In this document: positions 39,076 through 52,200 of the stretch, piece by piece
How positions within the stretch are numbered: position 1 is the first letter of the stretch
Layout of the letters: the number at the start of each line of letters is the position of its first letter
From: Trichoplax sp. H2
Taxonomy: Eukaryota
Assembly (NCBI GenBank): GCA_003344405.1
Contig: NOWV01000117.1
Coordinates: forward strand, 124,001 to 188,000
Direction of reading: 5' to 3'
Length of the DNA stretch: 64,000 nucleotides
Translations under genes and position numbers: made by a program
The notes under the pieces: generated by a model
Told to the model about the DNA's origin: nothing
Seen by the model: the letters and a program-made list of their open reading frames with translations, nothing else
Databases searched by the model: none

Positions 39076-39389
39076 ATTATTTGTCAAAGCTGACCAACGC
39101 CAGTAACTGGAGACGGTCTGGAGTCGACGTTCAAGAAGAATTGGCCAACTTTCCATGCCAATTTGGCTGCTGCATAGGATCCACACTTTTCCTCCTTTGA
39201 CTGACTAGTTCACTACAAGTAGATAGGGTGTTGATCATTTCCAATCTCTTGGTTATCATCTTCTCTACAAGGGAAACCTCTTGCCCATTACCATTCAACT
39301 ACTGCACTTGACAACGCCGTGTATATTGTCGTCTTCAAGGCTAGGCTGCCCAAAGTCTGGATAGTAGTCAACACCCCAAAAAGGACAAC

Positions 39390-40804
39390 ATGTACAATTC
39401 TCAGATGAGCCATAGTGCTAGTAGTGGCAGTATTCGCTCGGAACTACTTGAAGAAGTTAAATTGTACAAGAATGCTCGAGAACGCGAAAAATATGATAAT
39501 ATGGCTGAATTATATGCTGTTATTAATACATTGCAATGCTTGGAAAAAGCGTACATTAAGGATGCCGTCCCTCCAAAAGAATATACTAGTGCATGCTCGA
39601 AATTACTAGTGCAATATAAGGCAGCTTTTAAACAAGTTCAAGGCGATGAATTTGCTACTGTGGAAGCATTTATGAGACAGTATAAATTAGACTGTCCAGC
39701 GGCCTACGAAAGAATCAAGGAAGGAAGACCCATCACTATTAAAGATGATAAGGGAAATACCAGCAAATGTATTGCTGATACTGTTTCTGTAAGTTACAAC
39801 AATAACGCTAGTTCAATGGATTGACTTACTCAATCGAACATCCTTGGATGCGTACATCACGTATTTGTTCAGCATAGAAATCAGTCACAATCTACTTTTA
39901 TGCTGTAAATCATGCATAGATGATACTTTTGACTTGATGAATACACTGCAGTTATCGATGGATTCAATACAAACACTTTCAGTCTTTGTTCACGATATAT
40001 CACAGAATCTTAGGGAGTTGTCATGAATTCTTGTATTGATCCCACGGTACCGAAAGTGATGATGGTTCTAACATGACCAATATAGTTTAGTGGTCGATGT
40101 ATTAAATACAGACCTTTATAGTCTTTACACGCTATTTCTGACAGTTTAGGTAAGCTACTCTGTCCTGTATTCTTGTATTAATCCCTGATATGTCAATGGT
40201 TTACACTTACGGTAGTAATAGCTAACAAAGTCGCTTAAAACGAAAGCTATCATCTATTCACAAAGAATCGATATAAAGTAATACTATTGGTTAAACTAAA
40301 AGGCTAACTTTATAATGTTATCATTTCTATCTTATTGATTAGCTATTTATTACCATCATGGATAAACTGAGATTGGAAATTCGAGCTACCGATGAGTTAC
40401 AGCCTGACTTGCGAGAGCTACTAGAAACTATGAATAGGCTTAGCACATTACCTTCCGATTTCGAAGGCAAAGACAAAGTCCTACAATGGTAAGATGATAG
40501 TTTAGCACTAGCGATATGAACAATTTTAAAATAATCATATCAATAGAATAGACGATAACCATTATATTTCCAATTGACCATAAATTGGTCACTTAAATAT
40601 CTACTGTAAAATGATATAAATTAATTATAGACTGATAATAGGGAGATGGCTAATAAGGTGCCTTTTTCCTACAATATTATTAGGCTTACCACACTATCAA
40701 GTATGAAGGCGAGTGATGAGTTAACGGATGAGCAAGCAAGGCAAATGATATTTGATTTAGAAACCGTATATAATGCATTTAATCGCTTGCTTGCTAGTTC
40801 CTAG
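39390..40804 (+). CDS. VPS28: ESCRT-I subunit VPS28, 221 aa, 3 exons
   Basis: Exons 39390-39788, 40343-40488 and 40684-40804. Translation: [108 protein letters not shown]. Confidence 0.98.
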
Positions 40805-41472
40805 TCTGTTGGACAATGATCTCCAATTCCAAATGCTTAAGTTTATAATAGTGCACCTATAATACAATTGGCATGCGCGCAATTCATCTCTACGGTTGTC
40901 CTACTGTAAATCTAATCTTTCTAATTCATAGAAAGATGTTAATTCACTTTAATCGTTAGATTTTGGAAGTTTAATAGCGTCAATCATACGTAGTTTAACA
41001 GTAAAAATCGATAGTCTTTGAAGGCGGTAGAAAACATTACAATTTATAAATTACAGATTAAAAGGTCGTTGCACCTTTTTTTATATCAAGTCAAAAAATA
41101 ACCGCCAGTTACCGTCATTAAAACAATTTTGAAATCCATGAAAAGTTGAAATGAAATTGGAATACTTTAATGATAAAATATTTTCTAAAAAAAAATGCCG
41201 CACTTAAGAATTCTGTACTGTATAGTATGATAGTCTTTAAAATACTGTGAATTTTTGCAACAAGCTAACGAAGCTTGTTATAATGTCTGACGTTAAACAT
41301 GAGGCCAAGATGATATAGCATTGTCTAAAGAATAAATAATAAATCACATAGCTAAAGAGATACAAGTCGTTGATAAGTATATTCAGGAAAACCATATCAC
41401 TAGCGTCATTAGTAAGCTATAAGTCCTGCCGGTGCATAATTTATACATCTTTTGGGGACTTGGAGGTCCAAT

Positions 41473-44046
41473 TCAATCTGTATATATCGGTACTAACTTT
41501 GTCTCATGCATTAATTTCAGAATTTTTTGTTTCAATCCTTGGTCACTATCGATATTTATCCAGTTTTTAGAATCTTTTGTAAATTTTGTAGTTGTTGCAA
41601 ATAAAGTTAGCCAAATTCCATCATGACCATTAGTTTCTCCACTGTGTTCTACAGAAAGTACGCCTTTGATGTCGAATGTTCCATGATATCCTGCAGACTT
41701 GCCATAAATTTAAAATTAAAGACAACCTTTGTTAATAATAACGGTTTAATCTCCTATCATTATGGATAAGTTAATATTGGCCACAGAAACTAAAAATCTT
41801 GCAAATAATGACATAACACACACGTTGAATGACAACCTGAGTAAATGCTAATACCTTTACCGCATTTTCGACAGCAGCGGGTCCTGTCTTACGTGCGTGT
41901 TTATCAAGAACTGAAATTGGTAAATGCATATTCGGGCCTAATTCAGCAAGGATATATACTTCTTTTGTGCTAAAAAGTAAACGTAATATTAATGAAATAA
42001 ATATTTGTATCATGACGATAAAAAGGTATGATCGTCTTTGATTCTATATTACAAAATTACTCTTTTATGCATCCGGCCAAAAGAATTCGAACTGCTACGG
42101 TTTTATGTGGGCGGCAAACGGGCAATAAGATTGCTTGCGTATTTGCTACTAGATTTTTATACCAGCTTTGGGTACGCGAAATGACATCCAGAGCATCCTT
42201 ACATCTATAAGAAAGCCGATAGTTACTAATCTACCGATATTAAGATTACTAATAGTCATTATGGATTCAATTCATAAAGGAGTAACCTTAATTTTAAATG
42301 GCTACGGACTTGTTCATCGGTGAAATAATCTGCCTGTATCGATTCATGGTCTTGCTGTTCTGGTGTTTTTAATTTACCTTCCACATCTTGCCCTGTAAAA
42401 ATGAAGCGAATCCAATGACCATCATACCATTCTACGCAAACTAAAGATTTCGGTGTAAATTTAATTCCGCTCTCTTCTAATACTTCGCGTTGAGCACCAG
42501 CCTTAATGAACAAGGAAAGGCAAATAAAAGCATAAAACTAAATTTTGATTTTGAATGCGTTTACTTAAAATTAAGTATGCAGCCTAGATGTGCAGCATTA
42601 TCGAAATCCAAGCTATCTACACGTGTGAGGCTAATAAAAAATTATTAGGGTGTAGTGCCAATGATCTACAGCAGTACCTCTAGCGTTTCACCAGTTTCTA
42701 GCCTTCCAATTGGCAAATACCATAAACCTCGACAAGATTTCTTCGCTTCTTGAATCATTAACAATTTATCATCTTCAATGAGAACTCCGCCCACAATGTA
42801 AGTAACGTTACCGGTACTCTTTCGCAGAGAGGCTTGCAAAGCTATCAGTCATCATCATAAAAAAAACTGTATGAACAGATTGTATTTGTAACAAAAATAT
42901 AACCGGCTTAAAATTTTAATTTTATTCTTTCCTGCAACCATTTTATGTTATAACTAGCGCCCACTTATTTATTGTAGGCAATTGTTCATTCATCAAAGAT
43001 TTTCCAGCTGCGATGTATCGAGATATGAAAATGTATCCTGCAATAGGCTCGTATGATTTGTTATCCGTAATAAACTAAAAGCAATTAATGTAAGAACTTG
43101 ACCGCGACGTCAGCTACTTGTTTAATTTCAAATTCAAACTCGTCCAGAAATCACGTAAGACTGAATGAAAAGTATTATAGTGGTCAATTTTCATCACAAT
43201 TTACATCGAGTAAATCGCGAAGCTAAGCTAAAAATAGTTGGTTTATAATCTCGTAAAAGATGATCAATTGATGCAACCAGAAGTTGTAACTTCATATTCT
43301 TTTAATGTTAAATCGTTTCACTTCATTTTAGCATGTGCAACGTGTATGGTGATCGAGTAGAAACATAGGAAGGCAGATAAATGGATTGCTTTGCAGCTTG
43401 ATTATTGCTTTGCAAGTAACAAAATAATTATGAATAATAATAATTATATAACCAGCCGTTAAGCTAGAACGCGGTACAACAGCAAGGAAGTAAACAAGCG
43501 ATAAATGATTATAGAGTAACTAAACGGAAAATGTAACCCAGTCAACGGTAGTCTAGAAAGATTAGAGCATCACCAATCGATGTGTTATTTGTAAAGGCAT
43601 TAAAAGTGTATCTATTGATCAAGTAGTCTACTAATCAGAGTGATCATAGGTTATCAATAGAGTAAAAGTTATTAATAATCTGTAGTACAGGTACACGAGT
43701 CCAAACAATTAAAGGATAGCAAGATTTATATAAACTCTTAATCGAAATCGATTTATGCAAGAATGATTGAGAAATGACGTAGAACTATCCTACTAAATTT
43801 ATTTCAATCGATATTACGAGAAATAACTATTGACTAAAATCATGGTTAGCAAATGATATCATAGGAAATCAATTAGGTATATAAATTTATTGGGCCAAGG
43901 ACGAATACATAGTTTGCTAGTCATCATCGATTCTACGAGAGTTAAGGATCGAACAACCTACCTTTAGCTTCGTTGACAAATTCGTAGCTTTGAGTACATG
44001 GTTGGCCTTCAATCACTTCCCAAACACTACGAATAAATCGATCCAT
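41473..44046 (-). CDS. NUDT18: Nudix hydrolase, NUDT18/MTH3-like (8-oxo-dGDP phosphatase family), 6 coding exons
   Basis: Exons 43962-44046 ([15 protein letters not shown]..), 42678-42841, 42287-42501, 42061-42204, about 41837/41855-41969, and 41473 to about 41697. Intact Nudix box [23 protein letters not shown], preceded by [24 protein letters not shown] and followed by [19 protein letters not shown] and [15 protein letters not shown]. The last splice junction is ambiguous. Confidence 0.9.
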
Positions 44047-46290
44047 ATTCAACAACTGACACTAGGCCTACTCTACGCGTATATATTGACACGTCGATAG
44101 TCAATCAGAGTCCAATCCTTTTTAGCTTGAAATGGTCATTAATTCAATCTTTCAAAACAGACCAAAACTTGGATTGAATATCACAAAACCACCTTGAAAG
44201 ATTTGTATGTTGTAAATCTTAACAATAAGAAATAGAATAATCGTAATACCCGTATAAAAGAGTTATCATTGACGGGAAGATGATCATAACCATTAACTCT
44301 CATCAGATGATAGCGTAAGCAATAATTTCAGCTTGCAGCATTTGAAAATAATTAATTAGCCCAAGACGAATGCAATGGTCGACGTTGTGCTGGAGGAGCT
44401 GGCCAACTAGTATAGATTATAGGATAGCAATGTCGCTGTTAATTGATATAGATACCCAAACATGACCTACGATGCCTATGTATTAGTTATTGGAAACCAA
44501 GATGTGTTCGATGTTGGCTCAAAAATATCACTGTTGGACACTATCAGTATAGCTACCTAAACATAACGCATGATTAAGTCTATACTATCAGAATTCAATT
44601 GGAAAATGATACCTACCAGATTTGCAAGAGAGGCTTTAAACTTGGCTATAAATTTGCTTTCTATGCAAACAAATACTTGACTATTCATTTATATGTAATG
44701 CTATTAACTGCTTATCCCCAACGAAAAAGGCTATGGATAATTTTACCCAACTATACTGTGTGATAAACGTCAATTCTACGTGGGATTTAGTAATCCATAA
44801 CGATACAGTAGACTTTATTCATGATGCTGCAGTTTCCACAGACCTCATCTCGCGACGCTCTACGTTTCGATCATCCTAAGGCAAAAGGTTACTAACCATC
44901 CCTATCGCCAAATTGCAAATTTATGCAGTGCTTTCCTATCAAATACATGCTCTTTCTCACTCAATAGCTGCTTAAAGCCGTCTAAATCAATAGCTTCTAC
45001 GTCTAGGTTATTGTTCGAGTGCAGTTGAACTACTCAAGCCGCTATGATACAGACTCAAGGAATGCTATACTCGAATGTATTAGTAGGTAGTGTTCCTTAT
45101 TACTTACTGCAAGTTCCAATTATGGTCAGTCTATTCTTGCGTGTCTAGATAATTCCCCGTGCTTACAGTAGATTACTTCTTAAATACAGTAATCACCTAG
45201 TAACTATTCAGTCGGCGACCTTATAAGTAATACTACTCTAAAATATTTTATACGTATATGCCTGCTAAAATTTTTCAAGTTATAGGCTACAAATAGGATA
45301 CAAGTAGAGACTACTATAACTTGTTTTAAACAGTCCCTGATATAAGCAAGAAACCTTAAGCAATTCATCACACCAGCTTTCAAGTATTAAATTAGTCTTC
45401 AATTTTCACAACCAGTTTCAAAAACAATCCTGAAGCTAGAACCTCAAAGCAACCCTGCACAATGATGGTCTACACGCTTCTTGCCACTATTCCTCTACAG
45501 CCAGAAACGTATTCTTTCATACTTTACGTTATGTATTGACAGCAATCAGAAAATAACCTTTACGTTATTATAAATCAAGATTTTTTATTCATTACATTGC
45601 AGATTATTATCTCGCCAAAAATGGTTAAAAATATTGTTATAGAAGTAAACATTTCAACAAGATTTGGGCTTGCAATCAAAATACAAACCGATACATACCA
45701 ATTAAAAAATAGCAGTATGTTGTTTACATTTTAAGAGTAATATTAAAGTGGTTTATCAACCACCAACTACCTCTACATCCTCGTTACTATTTTAAGTATT
45801 GTAGGCCAGAAAGATACCTATGTCATAGCCCGACCTTACACATGTTATGTCATACTTTAAATAGTTAATAACAGCTTAGGCTGGGCATGATAAAAAGTAG
45901 TCATTACAGTAACCATGTTTTATGATTACGTTCCATTAGTAGTATTTAACATAGGAAGTCATAACAGAATAGTTACCGAATTAGTTAGACAACCAAATGA
46001 AGATCAAAATTAGTTCAGTTCTACGTCGACAATATAAAAACGGTTTTTAAAATTGTTCATGTAGCATGAATTACATAAGAAAATAAGCATACTCAACACT
46101 AAAACACTTCATCTGAACCTTATATCAACTATATCGCCCTATTTCAATTATTAGCTATAGGATAAACTGCAAGTGTAGTTTATTAAGAGAATGGTATTAC
46201 ACTTTCTACCCAAATGTTATCGTTGGGAAATGATTTGAAATCTTATGTAATATCCATGTGTTTTCCATTTCAATTTGAAGTTAATTATAG

Positions 46291-49200
46291 TTAATAAACT
46301 AAGCATTGCTTGAGGAATTCATTGTATTGAATCTTATTTGTCAAATCTTTGTTGTAATAAACCATCAATTGGAAGAAGTCATCTTCTGATATATCCACGC
46401 GATACTGGTGCAGGATATCACGAAATTGTAATTGAGTTACATAACCAGTATTCTTGCTATCATAAGACTAATTAAAAGAATTCAACAAAACAAAATTAAT
46501 CATGATGGAAATATTTCTATTTATTATCATACGCTTGTCTTTATATTGATTTCTTACTTTACAAGTTCGACGTATACTTTTCCATTGCTGTTTAATGGAA
46601 CCTTTAATTCGGATAAATACATCGGCCAAGTAAACATTGGTATCACCAACTTTAGGCACCTAAATCAATTGAGATATTAATAGCCTATCCTTAGCTGCAA
46701 AGTAATCATAAGATAATGAAATATCGCCTTTCTGACAACTATACTCACTTCTTCAGCGGGTAATACGGCACGTTTTGGGCTTTTCTCCACATTTTTTACT
46801 TTTAGGACGAAATAGCTTAAAAATTCCGCATAATTCAATCTAACATTATAGGTTGTAATTAGTCAATATAGTATATAACAATATGATGGTTACAAATTAT
46901 AAGTATAACCAAATAGAATAGAATCTTTATCTAATAAGGCATCAGTCCTAAAAAAATAGCTTTAGCAAAATACCTCATTCTATCTTTGTTGCTAAATTTC
47001 TCCCATAGCAATGAAAATTGACTATCATCGAGAGCTATACGATGTTGCTCCAAAGTTTCTATACAAAGGTGCACAAATTATGCTTAGATTTGTAGAAACT
47101 AGATTCTAAATACAATTAGATTAGTATTTGATCATTAATGCTCTGTATCCAAAGTTTAAGTTACGAATACTGATCATAGTATGGAATCTATGTACGTGAG
47201 TATAACATCCACTATATTAGATAATTAGCAAATACAGTATTTCTACGGTCATTTAATAGTGACTTGTATGGATAGATTGATGTAAAACAAATTATTAGTC
47301 CACTATTATGTTCTCATATACTGATGATGGCTATTGAAGGTACCTTTAAATTCTCTCTCGTTAATATATCCGGTGTTATGATAATCAAATCGATTAAATG
47401 CCTTACGGATGGTCTTCCAGTGACTAACAATCTGAAAGAAATAGGTTACAGATTAAATGGGAATCATTTGATTACAGTTATAATTGCCATTGAACAGCGT
47501 CTTATTGAACACACGAGAGGGGGCATTAAACTAAACTTTGAGGATTAAACGTTTAACTTAATTTTCTGTCATACCTTGTCCTTGATTAACTTTTCTGTTG
47601 GTTCTGCGTTCACTAAAGCGGCAACGCTATTACCAGAATTTAATCTCGGTGATGGTTGGCCGACTCTAGGTGTTGGCATAGATGGTCTCTGTTTGAATAT
47701 CGATGAATACATATTTAGGTTTTATATGAATATTAAATTACTGCATATATGTGAGAGCAGACAAATTAGATTGACCATGAGTTTGATATGTTTATATGAA
47801 AATCGCAAACACTCGATGGTCTTCTTTATTCGTTACCTTTGTTGGAGATGTGCGATTTGCCGAAGGAGTTCGCAGCTTTGGAGTGTTACTGTCAGATCGG
47901 TTAGCATAAGCTCGCAAAACGTTGTTATAATTAATAAAACCTTCATCACCGTTATCTAGTTTTTTCCATAACTTATTAGCCTATACAGGATAACAAAAGC
48001 AGTCTAGTTTAATAAATGATCTATTGCGTTATTGGGCTATTTTCATCCGTAAAAAGAAAATTATCACAACTAAATAAATATCAGTATCGGATAGAATTCA
48101 TTCTAATTTTTTACCTGATTAGGTTCTAAGCTGAAATCATATTCTTCTAAGATTTTAAAGAAATCATTTTTGTATACGAATCCGGAGGATGAAGGATCAT
48201 TTTGCTTTAAGACCTACAAATAGCAAAAAAGCACCGTCAACATGATAGCGATGATGACAATAGCCTCACTCCATCATAAAGATTTACTGTACACGTAGTC
48301 GATGGCCTTAAGCAATAAAGTTGACTATGTTAAGATGGATTCCACTTAGAATAACTTACCTTGATCAAATCATAAAATTTACTAACAACAAATTGCTTAA
48401 ATTGTTGTTCAGTCTGCTGGAATGTTTGACTTGAAATGCTCATTCTACTAAACGAAAGAGCTGATACATTTCGTGAAGGTGCTCTGTTATTAAAAGTATC
48501 ATCTTGCTTGGGAAGCTCCACGTTTGGCTCTTCTCTTGCTATTTCCTGCTCGATAAAATTGTTCTCAGCAGCAATATCAGTTATGTCTTCAACTCTAGGC
48601 GAATCTTCTACGTAGTTGATTTCTGTTGAATCGACATTCATAGGAATAGGAGCAATCGGTTCTGTAAAAGTTTCCTTTGGTTCTGGCGTATCTTCTTTGA
48701 GTTCAGCTGGCGATTGAGGCGTATCAGGTGCTAAAATGGCATCCATTTGGCTTTTATTTTGATTCATCTTGATTGATTTCCTCTTCTGCTTTTTATTAGC
48801 AGCTAGCATTTCCTCTTGCTTGCCTAACCAATCAGATGTCAACTGCAAGAAATCAATATTTCGTTAAAGAATAATAAACCCCTGATGGTAACCAGTTAGC
48901 AATATCGACTAAAAATCTCATCCTAGTTAATACAAAGTCAGATAAAAAGTGGTATACAACAATTCTCAAAGAAATTTGATGTGGTTAAAAGGTATCGCTA
49001 GAATAATTCAAGGAATAACATATGGGAATTCATTTATTAATTAATATTATTACTGTACCTCTTCATCTGATTTCGACAAAGTACTGATTGCTTCCCTGTA
49101 TGGGACAAGATCTCCAGAAACATTCAATCGACGTAGGACATGCTATAATTTTTTATTATAGATAGTAATATTAAAGTTTGCTAGCGTAGTTGCTGTAGTA

Positions 49201-52200
49201 CAATCCTATAAAATTAAATAGAGATTAAACATCTTCTGTCAAATAGACTAACTTTAAACTGTGGATCTGTTAATCTGAAACAGAAGTTCTCCAGTACTCT
49301 TCGGAATCGTTTAACGCCAATTCTTTCATTTTCATCGACATCAAAAGCTTCTAAAGCACGTTGAATTGGTCCGAGTTTTTCTCGAACAGTTTGTCGTAGC
49401 TTTTGCTCAGCTTTATCCACAGGAAGACTTTCATAACTGACCGGGCTTGCTCTATCATCAAATCAAGTAATAAAATTATAATGTAGTCATTTTAAAATCT
49501 ATAAGAATTGAAAGGCTTAAAGTAGTCGACGATATAGCAGTCTTTATTCTATTTTCATCAATATTTTAATATCTCATTTTTAATGGCTAAGTAAGGTACA
49601 TCTTAATAGGAAATCATTTTATTAAATACCTTTTCGGAATGACTTCTCGAATATCAGCTTGCTTTCCACGCTGGAAGGCATTTAGAAATTCTTCATAGGA
49701 TAACTTATATTTATTGCCTAGTCCAATTCTAATTGAATATTAGGATAAATATGGTTCTTTAGAAGTCTAACATTTCAAAAATATCCAGCCATTGATCATT
49801 TCATTGACCTCTAAAGACGAAGTAACTTACCGATCGAGGAATCTATTATATTCGATTTCATCACAATGAAAGTTTAGTGCTTGCAAAATATCATGGAGTT
49901 CTTTACGGGACAAATGTCCGTCCTAGATGATTTATTTTGATAAGATTCAGTGCAAATATCTATTGGTCTGACTGACATTGACAATTTTAATTTAAGTGGG
50001 GTATAGCTGTATTCCTGACAAAACTTCTAACCTTGTTATGGTCCGCATTTTCGAATGCTTTCCTAAAGCTTGTAAAACCATCTCTGAAGCGATCACTAAA
50101 TATTTGTAGAGATTTAATTTTATTTAAATCTTTACACCATTCTTTCTTACAATCAAATTATGATATACTTACGTAATTCGGGCTTCAATTTCCTCCGCAG
50201 TTAATCTCTTGCCAGCTCGAACTTGCATTTTAGCAATATATTCATGCTTAGCCTAAGAAACGTAATGCAAATGAATCAGGAGACGTTCCTGGTGGCCGTG
50301 ATTCGGTTTAGCTTGATTAAATACTTAGCACAACTAGCCATTACAAAAGCTGAACACTCCCAATAGCTCGTAACTACTGTATTCAAAATTATTCTTTCCT
50401 TTACCTTTTGTGCTTGATGATGATGCTCGAAGCGATTTTGGCTTTCTTTGGTTATTTGTGTGCTAATTCCTTCATCTCCAGGTGCCAATGTTTGGCTATA
50501 TCGGTATATAAATTCTCTGTAGTCAATTGAACCACTGTTATCCGTATCGTAGCTAATATTTAAATTCAAAAGGAAAAGATCAATTAAAATGATATCCAGG
50601 AAAAAGCTTATAATACTATTTCACATACTGTTATAAATATTTCATATCATGGTACTTACATTCTCCACAATTTCTCGAATTCCTCGTCAGTCATGGTTAA
50701 AGCGAAATCGTCCAAAATTATTTTAAATTCTTTACGAGAAACCAAGCCATTTCTATCTTTATCAAAGCTTTTGAAAGCCTATGGATATAATAGTTCGCAT
50801 CTATAAAATAGCAGTTCCACTACCGCGATAAATTTATCCTACTTGATTTTAATCCTGATTAATATTCAAGCCTACCTTTGCAATATCATTCCATTGATTT
50901 TCAGCTTTGGAAAGTAGCAAGCTATGAACTTGTTCATGGGTTAGGTTGAGAGCCTTTTTGGTTTTATTAAATCTTAAGGAGTGGAGAATGTGAAATTAGA
51001 TCATCGATATTACTTTTAAAATGAAATTAATAATGATCGCTGAGGTAAGTAAAATTGATCTCAATATTGAATGTACCTGTGTGTTGAAAACAGCCATGGA
51101 TGAGCTTCGACGTTTTCTGTACTTTGAAATCGCTTCAAGAAATCTTGATAACTCAAGGTATTCCTATGGCCAAAGTCAATTTTTTGTACCAATTTGTCAA
51201 ATTCTGAATCTGACAGGACAAACATCATTGAATCCAATAAGCGTCGGAATTCGCTCTTTGTTATAGCACCTACATATGTTAGTAATAATCAAATTTAAGA
51301 TTTGGTTAAGACACTGATTTCTATTGCAGTTTTGTAAGTTTTCATTGCTATAGAAATTAGAAATAAGAATAATGATGAAATAACTGTACTATCGAGCTCT
51401 TCCTAAGACCTACGGAAGCTGTATTGATAGTCATATATTTTATATGAATCATTTTTTTATATCATGGTGAAATGATTCAAGGCGATCTGGCGATCTTTAG
51501 ATATTCCTTAAAGATAGAAACTACGTTGAAGGTTTTTCTTTTTATTTCTTTAACTTACCGTTATGGTCGTCATCAATTTTGTAGAAAGCTTCTCTTAAAC
51601 CTTGAAAACCATCACGAATTTTATTCCTTAGTTTTGTCTCCACTTCTTCTGCTGTCATGGTGTACTTTTGCTCTCGGACTTTATACCTAAATGAAGGCAT
51701 TTTACAAAGCATGAAATCCACTATGACGATAAGATCAAAGTTTACACAGCCTAACTACGACTCCATCTTTCAATTAGTATAACTTACTTTTGGACTGGAT
51801 GGAACTGAACAGTGGGATCATTTTGCAAAGGTGAACGAGTATTATCAAATTTGTCAACAAAGTCGGTGTAAGACAGATTTCCTTTGTAGAATCCAAATCT
51901 AAGAGAAATAAGAAGAAATATTTGCTTTCAGTAACCTAAAATAGTCTCAAATATAGTCTGAAAAAGATGCAGTTCCATCGAATTTTATCTCATTTTGTAA
52001 TGATATTTATTCTTACTTCTTGATCAAGATTTTAAACTGTTCGTCACTCATGGATAATCCCATTCCACCCAATACCTATCCATGCATTTCAAAGTAAAGA
52101 AATAAGCTTAATAACAGCGTAAGCTAAAGAAATTCTTCAATTTTAAGACGTTATCCGGATTAAATTGTATTCTGACGTAATAACATCAAAGGATAATATA

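Noticed and set aside
37711..39186. ORFs of 60-80 aa upstream of VPS28
   Set aside because: They overlap tandem and pentamer repeats, mostly start at non-ATG codons, and show no splice chain or homology.
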